Shown here piece by piece: positions 59,834 to 64,000 of a DNA stretch of 64,000 bases. Origin of the DNA: an uncultured Nitrospiraceae bacterium (lineage in GTDB: Bacteria; Nitrospirota; Nitrospiria; Nitrospirales; Nitrospiraceae); contig CAWJWJ010000002.1 of NCBI GenBank assembly GCA_963846575.1, positions 1,376,001 through 1,440,000 of the forward strand. Direction: 5' to 3'. The notes under the pieces are model-generated. The model did no database searches. It was not told the DNA's origin and saw nothing but the letters and a program-made list of their open reading frames with translations. Both the position numbers and the translations under genes were made by a program. Position 1 is the stretch's first letter, and the number at the start of each line of letters is the position of its first letter.

Positions 59834-60520
59834 ATGACACGAAAGATGGCGATTTATGCCGGAACCATTGCGTTGGCGCTCACGACAGCGGTCCCGGCCT
59901 TCAGCGAACCCACGGGATCCAGCACCATGGGAGGAGGCGGGAGCAATCCGACGCAGCCGGTGAATCCGGACAAGAAGACCGATTTGACCGGCGGACAGCA
60001 GGGTGTGCCGGATGAATATGCGGATACGCCGGTTCGTCAGGGCAAGCTGATCGAGGCGAATGACAGCGAGTTCAAGAATGCCACGGTCTACAATACCCAG
60101 GGTGAGTCGATTGGGAAGATCAAAGAGGTCTTGAAAGACAAGGAAACGAATGAAATCGAGTACGCGGTCTTTACCTCGAAAGATTCCAATCGCGATATGC
60201 CGCTGCGCTGGAGCTTGTTTCAGAATAAGAACGACAAACTTCAGTTAAAGCTGAAGAAGGATGAGCTGCAGAATGCCGTCAGCATGAACGCCAGCAAGGA
60301 TCAGTCTCCGGACCTGAAGGAGTATATGGACCGTATCAATCAGGTTCGATCACAGTCTACGGTATCCGGCAACCCCGGCATTCCAGGCCAGAAAGGTCCT
60401 GCCGCTACCGGATCAATGGGTGAAGAGACTGTTGGAGGGGGCGGACCCGCCGGCACCAGCGGATTGCCTCCGGGAAAGGCTCCCGGTTTTGAGGGTGGGA
60501 ATCCCAGCAGCAAGCATTAA
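59834..60520 (+). CDS. exported PRC-barrel-like protein with Gly/Pro-rich ends
   Basis: Signal peptide; VYNTQGESIGKIKEV...IEYAV. Confidence 0.8.
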   Translation: MTRKMAIYAGTIALALTTAVPAFSEPTGSSTMGGGGSNPTQPVNPDKKTDLTGGQQGVPDEYADTPVRQGKLIEANDSEFKNATVYNTQGESIGKIKEVLKDKETNEIEYAVFTSKDSNRDMPLRWSLFQNKNDKLQLKLKKDELQNAVSMNASKDQSPDLKEYMDRINQVRSQSTVSGNPGIPGQKGPAATGSMGEETVGGGGPAGTSGLPPGKAPGFEGGNPSSKH

Positions 60521-60549
60521 TCCAAGGCTTGGTTGCTGAAGGTGAACGG

Positions 60550-60822
60550 AGGGCAGGCGTTCGAGGGAGCGCCTGCCCTTTGTGTTGTCCGGCGGCAGAC
60601 ACGGATGAGTCCTTGTTCCCGCTGCCGGTTGGTTCACTCGCCGTTACTGTACAAGAGCGCGCCGGTATTACTGCCGGGTGGAGAGGCGGGTTGTTGCGGA
60701 TCAATTGACACAGACCGATTTGCGGGCTTGAGGGATAGTTTCGGGGAAGTCGGGAGATGTCAGGCGCCGGGCTGTGGGCGTTGACTCAGGAGGGGCAGAC
60801 GTTCGAAGGAGCGCCTGCCCCT
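60550..60822. repeat. two copies of a ~30-nt palindrome (terminator/REP-like)
   Basis: AGGGCAGGCGTTCGAGGGAGCGCCTGCCCT (60550-60579) and AGGGGCAGACGTTCGAAGGAGCGCCTGCCCCT (60791-60822). Confidence 0.8.
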
Positions 60823-60843
60823 GATCTTATGAAATGGCACTGC

Positions 60844-61932
60844 TCAGAGCTGACCTGACGCCGCCAGGCCGGATGTTTCCTTCTCCTGGACGCGCTGCTC
60901 CTTGGCTGAAATCCCCAGCATGCGTTCGTACACCCGCACATAGTCCTGCACCATCCGCTCGGTCGTGAAACGCAGGTCGAATGCCTGTCGGCAGCGGGCC
61001 CGCTCCAGAAGCGAGACGTGCCGGACAGACTGCACCATTTCTTCCAGCGTTTCGCAGACGAACCCCGTCACCCCATGCTCGATGATTTCGGGGACGGAGC
61101 CGCGCCGGTAGGCAATGACCGGGGTGCTGCAGGCCAGCGATTCGATGAAGACCAGGCCGAAGGGTTCCGGCCAGTCGTAGGGGCAGATCATGGCATAGGC
61201 ATCACCGATAAAATCGTCTTTTTCGAGGTCCGTGACTTCGCCTACGAATTCTATCAAGGGGTGGTCCAGCAGGGGTTCGATCACCGCCCGGTAATACTCG
61301 ACGTTGGTCGGATCGATTTTGGCGCCGATGCGGAGCGGCATGTCGACCCGCTTGGCGATTTCTATCGCTTGGTCCAGCCCTTTTTCCGGGGCTACTCGCC
61401 CGAGGAATACTAAGTATTTCCCTTGGTTGGCGTGTGGTGTGTAGAGATCTTTCGGCAGGCCGTGATGGACCGTCGCGACCCAATTGGCCCAGGGCAGGGG
61501 TTCGCGTTGCGCATCGGAAATCGAGACGAGAGGAAGCTCCGCAAACGTTCTGAAGACGGGGAGGAGTTCCGGCAGATCCAGGCGCGCATGCAGGGTGGTC
61601 AGTACGGGAGTGTGACTGCGTTTGGCCAACGGGAAGGGGAGAAACTCGAGATGCGAATGAATGATGTCGAATTCGCCCGATGGACTGAAGGCCTTCTCAA
61701 GCATGGCAGTCAATGGGGCATCATAATTTTTGATGACTTTCGACAGGCGTAGCGCTTCCGGGCACATCGGCACCAGGCGTGCCTTGGTCGTCGAATCACC
61801 GCTCGCGAACAGCGTGACATCGTGGCCCTGGCGAACCAACTCCTCGGTGATGAATGACACCACACGTTCCGTTCCGCCGTAGAGGACCGGTGGAACACTT
61901 TCCCACAACGGTGCGACCTGAGCGATCTTCAT
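60844..61932 (-). CDS. glycosyltransferase family 4
   Basis: MKIAQVAPLWESVPPVLYGGTERVV; WPEPFGLVFIESLAC. Confidence 0.93.
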   Translation of the reverse strand: MKIAQVAPLWESVPPVLYGGTERVVSFITEELVRQGHDVTLFASGDSTTKARLVPMCPEALRLSKVIKNYDAPLTAMLEKAFSPSGEFDIIHSHLEFLPFPLAKRSHTPVLTTLHARLDLPELLPVFRTFAELPLVSISDAQREPLPWANWVATVHHGLPKDLYTPHANQGKYLVFLGRVAPEKGLDQAIEIAKRVDMPLRIGAKIDPTNVEYYRAVIEPLLDHPLIEFVGEVTDLEKDDFIGDAYAMICPYDWPEPFGLVFIESLACSTPVIAYRRGSVPEIIEHGVTGFVCETLEEMVQSVRHVSLLERARCRQAFDLRFTTERMVQDYVRVYERMLGISAKEQRVQEKETSGLAASGQL

Positions 61933-62065
61933 GCCTGGCACTCCTTTTTTTGAAATGGTGGATAGCGCATAGTGAGCGGGGTCGGGATGATTTCCACTGC
62001 CGGATGCATATCGGTTCGACAGTCCTCGCGAAAGAAATCATAGCCGCGCGCATTGAGATCCCGAA

Positions 62066-62081
62066 CTAGGCGGCTCCCTAG
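62066..62081. promoter_or_regulatory. CTAGG-N6-CCTAG palindrome
   Basis: CTAGGCGGCTCCCTAG between divergent GT4 and ndh. Confidence 0.65.
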
Positions 62082-62163
62082 TAGTGATGTCAGGTTAACG
62101 GCGGGGATGATACGGCAGAGGGGGCCGTCAGAGGTCCGTGGTCAAGTCGACAGAAAGGACGGT

Positions 62164-63441
62164 ATGCCAAGGAGCATGAAAGGACCGGTGGTCATCGTGG
62201 GGGGAGGGTTTGGCGGGCTGGCAGCCGCCCGTGCTCTTCACAACGTGCCGGTGGATATCGTGCTGATCGATCGGGTGAATCACCACCTGTTTCAGCCCTT
62301 GCTGTATCAGGTCGCCACCGCGGCACTATCCCCGGCTGATATCGCCTGGCCGCTCAGAACGTTGTTCCGCTCACAGGCAAACGTGCGGGTGATCCTGGAC
62401 GATGTGGTGCAGGTGGATCGACCCGCGCGTTGCGTGCACCTGCTGCACGGCGAGGCCATCTCCTACGGGGCCTTGATCCTGGCGCCTGGCTCCCGCCATT
62501 CCTACTTCGGGCATCCGGAATGGGAAGCCGATGCACCGGGTTTGAAGACGCTGCCGGATGCTTTGGAACTTCGCGAGCGTATGCTGATGGCGTTTGAGAA
62601 GGCGGAACGGGCGACGGATCCCTCGGAAGTCCGTAAACAACTGACCTTTGTCATCGTCGGTGGGGGGCCCACGGGAGTGGAACTGGCGGGTGCGCTCGCG
62701 GAAATCGGACGGAGGGCCATGGCGCCTGATTTTCGAATCTTACACGAGGCGGAGTTCCGGATCATCCTGGTCGAAGGGGCAGGACGTATTCTCGAGCCGT
62801 TTTCGCCTGACCTGTCACACAAAGCACAAACGTCACTCGAAAGTCTCGGTGTGACCCTGCTGCTGAACAGGCGGGTCGAGGAAATCTCGTCGAAGGGCGT
62901 CAGGGCCGGCACGGAATTCATTGCCAGCGCACATGTCATCTGGGCGGCGGGCAATGTGGCCTCGCCCCTCGTGAAGTCCTTGGATGTGCCGCTCGATTCA
63001 TCGGGGCGGGCGCACGTACGCCCGGACCTGAGTCTGGAGGGGGACCCCTGGGTATTTGTCATCGGGGATGCAGCCCATTATCCCGCGCCGGCAGGGCGGG
63101 CCTTACCGGGCCTGGCGGCGGTTGCGATGCAGGAAGGTCGGTACGTGGCGGGGCTCATCCGAGGCGAGGTCCCGGACGGGAGTCGGTCGCCCTTTGTCTA
63201 TAACGACCGGGGGACACTCGCGACCATCGGGCGCGCCAAAGCCGTGGCTCAACTTGGCCCGCTGTCCATTTCGGGCCTCCCGGCCTGGTTGGCCTGGTGT
63301 TTCGTGCATATCTTTTTTCTGATCGGGTTTCGCCACCGCATGAGAGTGATGTTCGAGTGGATCTGGTACTACATCACATTCAAACCCGGTGCGAGACTCA
63401 TATACTGGAAGGACCGTCAGAAGACGGAGCAATTGCGCTAG
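62164..63441 (+). CDS. ndh: type II NADH dehydrogenase-like FAD oxidoreductase
   Basis: GGGFGG, FQPLLYQVATA, GGGPTGVELAG, IGD, GTLATIGR. Confidence 0.92.
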   Translation: MPRSMKGPVVIVGGGFGGLAAARALHNVPVDIVLIDRVNHHLFQPLLYQVATAALSPADIAWPLRTLFRSQANVRVILDDVVQVDRPARCVHLLHGEAISYGALILAPGSRHSYFGHPEWEADAPGLKTLPDALELRERMLMAFEKAERATDPSEVRKQLTFVIVGGGPTGVELAGALAEIGRRAMAPDFRILHEAEFRIILVEGAGRILEPFSPDLSHKAQTSLESLGVTLLLNRRVEEISSKGVRAGTEFIASAHVIWAAGNVASPLVKSLDVPLDSSGRAHVRPDLSLEGDPWVFVIGDAAHYPAPAGRALPGLAAVAMQEGRYVAGLIRGEVPDGSRSPFVYNDRGTLATIGRAKAVAQLGPLSISGLPAWLAWCFVHIFFLIGFRHRMRVMFEWIWYYITFKPGARLIYWKDRQKTEQLR

Positions 63442-63483
63442 ACGCGCCTCTGCCCGCTCATCCGCTCGAGAGCGGCTCGACGA

Positions 63484-63834
63484 TTATTTTTTGGGAGTCG
63501 GCGTGCCGTCCGGCTTCGCCGGTGGCGTCGCCATGCCGGGACGGGCTTGTTCAGGGTTTACCACCATCTCCGGATCGACCACCGGCGGCGGTACGACGGC
63601 TTCGGGGCTTCCCATTGTGTCCGGCTGCTTATGGATTCCAGGATCGATTTTTGAGGGCGGTGCAGGCGGCGCCAGCTGAGGTGTCTGCTGCGCAGGCGGC
63701 TGAACCGGGTTCGTTCCTTTTCCTTTCGGGGCAGGATCGGCCGCCTGGGAGATGCCTGCGGAAAATAGGAGCGTGACCGTCAGAACAAGAGGGGTCAGTA
63801 GAACCATTTTCTGCCTCCGCATGATTCGCCTCAT
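63484..63834 (-). CDS. exported proline-rich protein
   Basis: Signal peptide ending ISQA; IDPGI..VVPPPVVDPEMVV. Confidence 0.7.
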   Translation of the reverse strand: MRRIMRRQKMVLLTPLVLTVTLLFSAGISQAADPAPKGKGTNPVQPPAQQTPQLAPPAPPSKIDPGIHKQPDTMGSPEAVVPPPVVDPEMVVNPEQARPGMATPPAKPDGTPTPKK

Positions 63835-63869
63835 GAAGATAGTCTACTGACCCTCCTCTCCATTCTACA

Positions 63870-63885
63870 CTAGGTGTACCCCTAG
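63870..63885. promoter_or_regulatory. CTAGG-N6-CCTAG palindrome
   Basis: CTAGGTGTACCCCTAG upstream of ORF 63834. Confidence 0.65.
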
Positions 63886-64000
63886 GGAATCGGACAGCCG
63901 GATCACGCGTATGTCGAACGGCTCGTTTCTGGAAGTCAGGGGAACGTGGTCGACCCGTGCCGTTCACCTCCACAGCCCCCGGATCTCGCGATGTATCGGC

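Overview
GC-rich chromosomal window, probably from a Nitrospira-like bacterium (inferred from gene content and small-protein families; not verified). It holds housekeeping genes (miaB, mtaB, mutY, mutT, ampG, class II nrdJ with tandem NrdR boxes and DnaA boxes) and many stress and sensing genes. These include a RelE-type toxin-antitoxin pair linked to a Cys-less HesB-like gene, a YhaO/YhaN (SbcD/SbcE-like) nuclease-ATPase pair, a CorE-like Cys-rich ECF sigma factor, a heme oxygenase-bacteriophytochrome-response regulator operon, a PAS hybrid kinase, USP/cupredoxin genes and a sigma54 activator. A general-stress block carries SDR, SRPBCC, Zn-ADH, a SoxB-like lipoprotein, ahpC, treZ-CBM48-glgC-treY, hemerythrin, PRC-barrels, GT4 and ndh. 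Main leads: (1) the phytochrome keeps its bilin-attachment Cys but has several substitutions in the normally conserved chromophore pocket, including His260-equivalent to Tyr; (2) a recurring intergenic palindrome CTAGG-N6-CCTAG that may define a stress regulon; (3) a densely base-paired non-coding region upstream of the phytochrome operon; (4) several sigma54 promoters. No rRNA, tRNA, CRISPR array, transposase or integrase was recognised.
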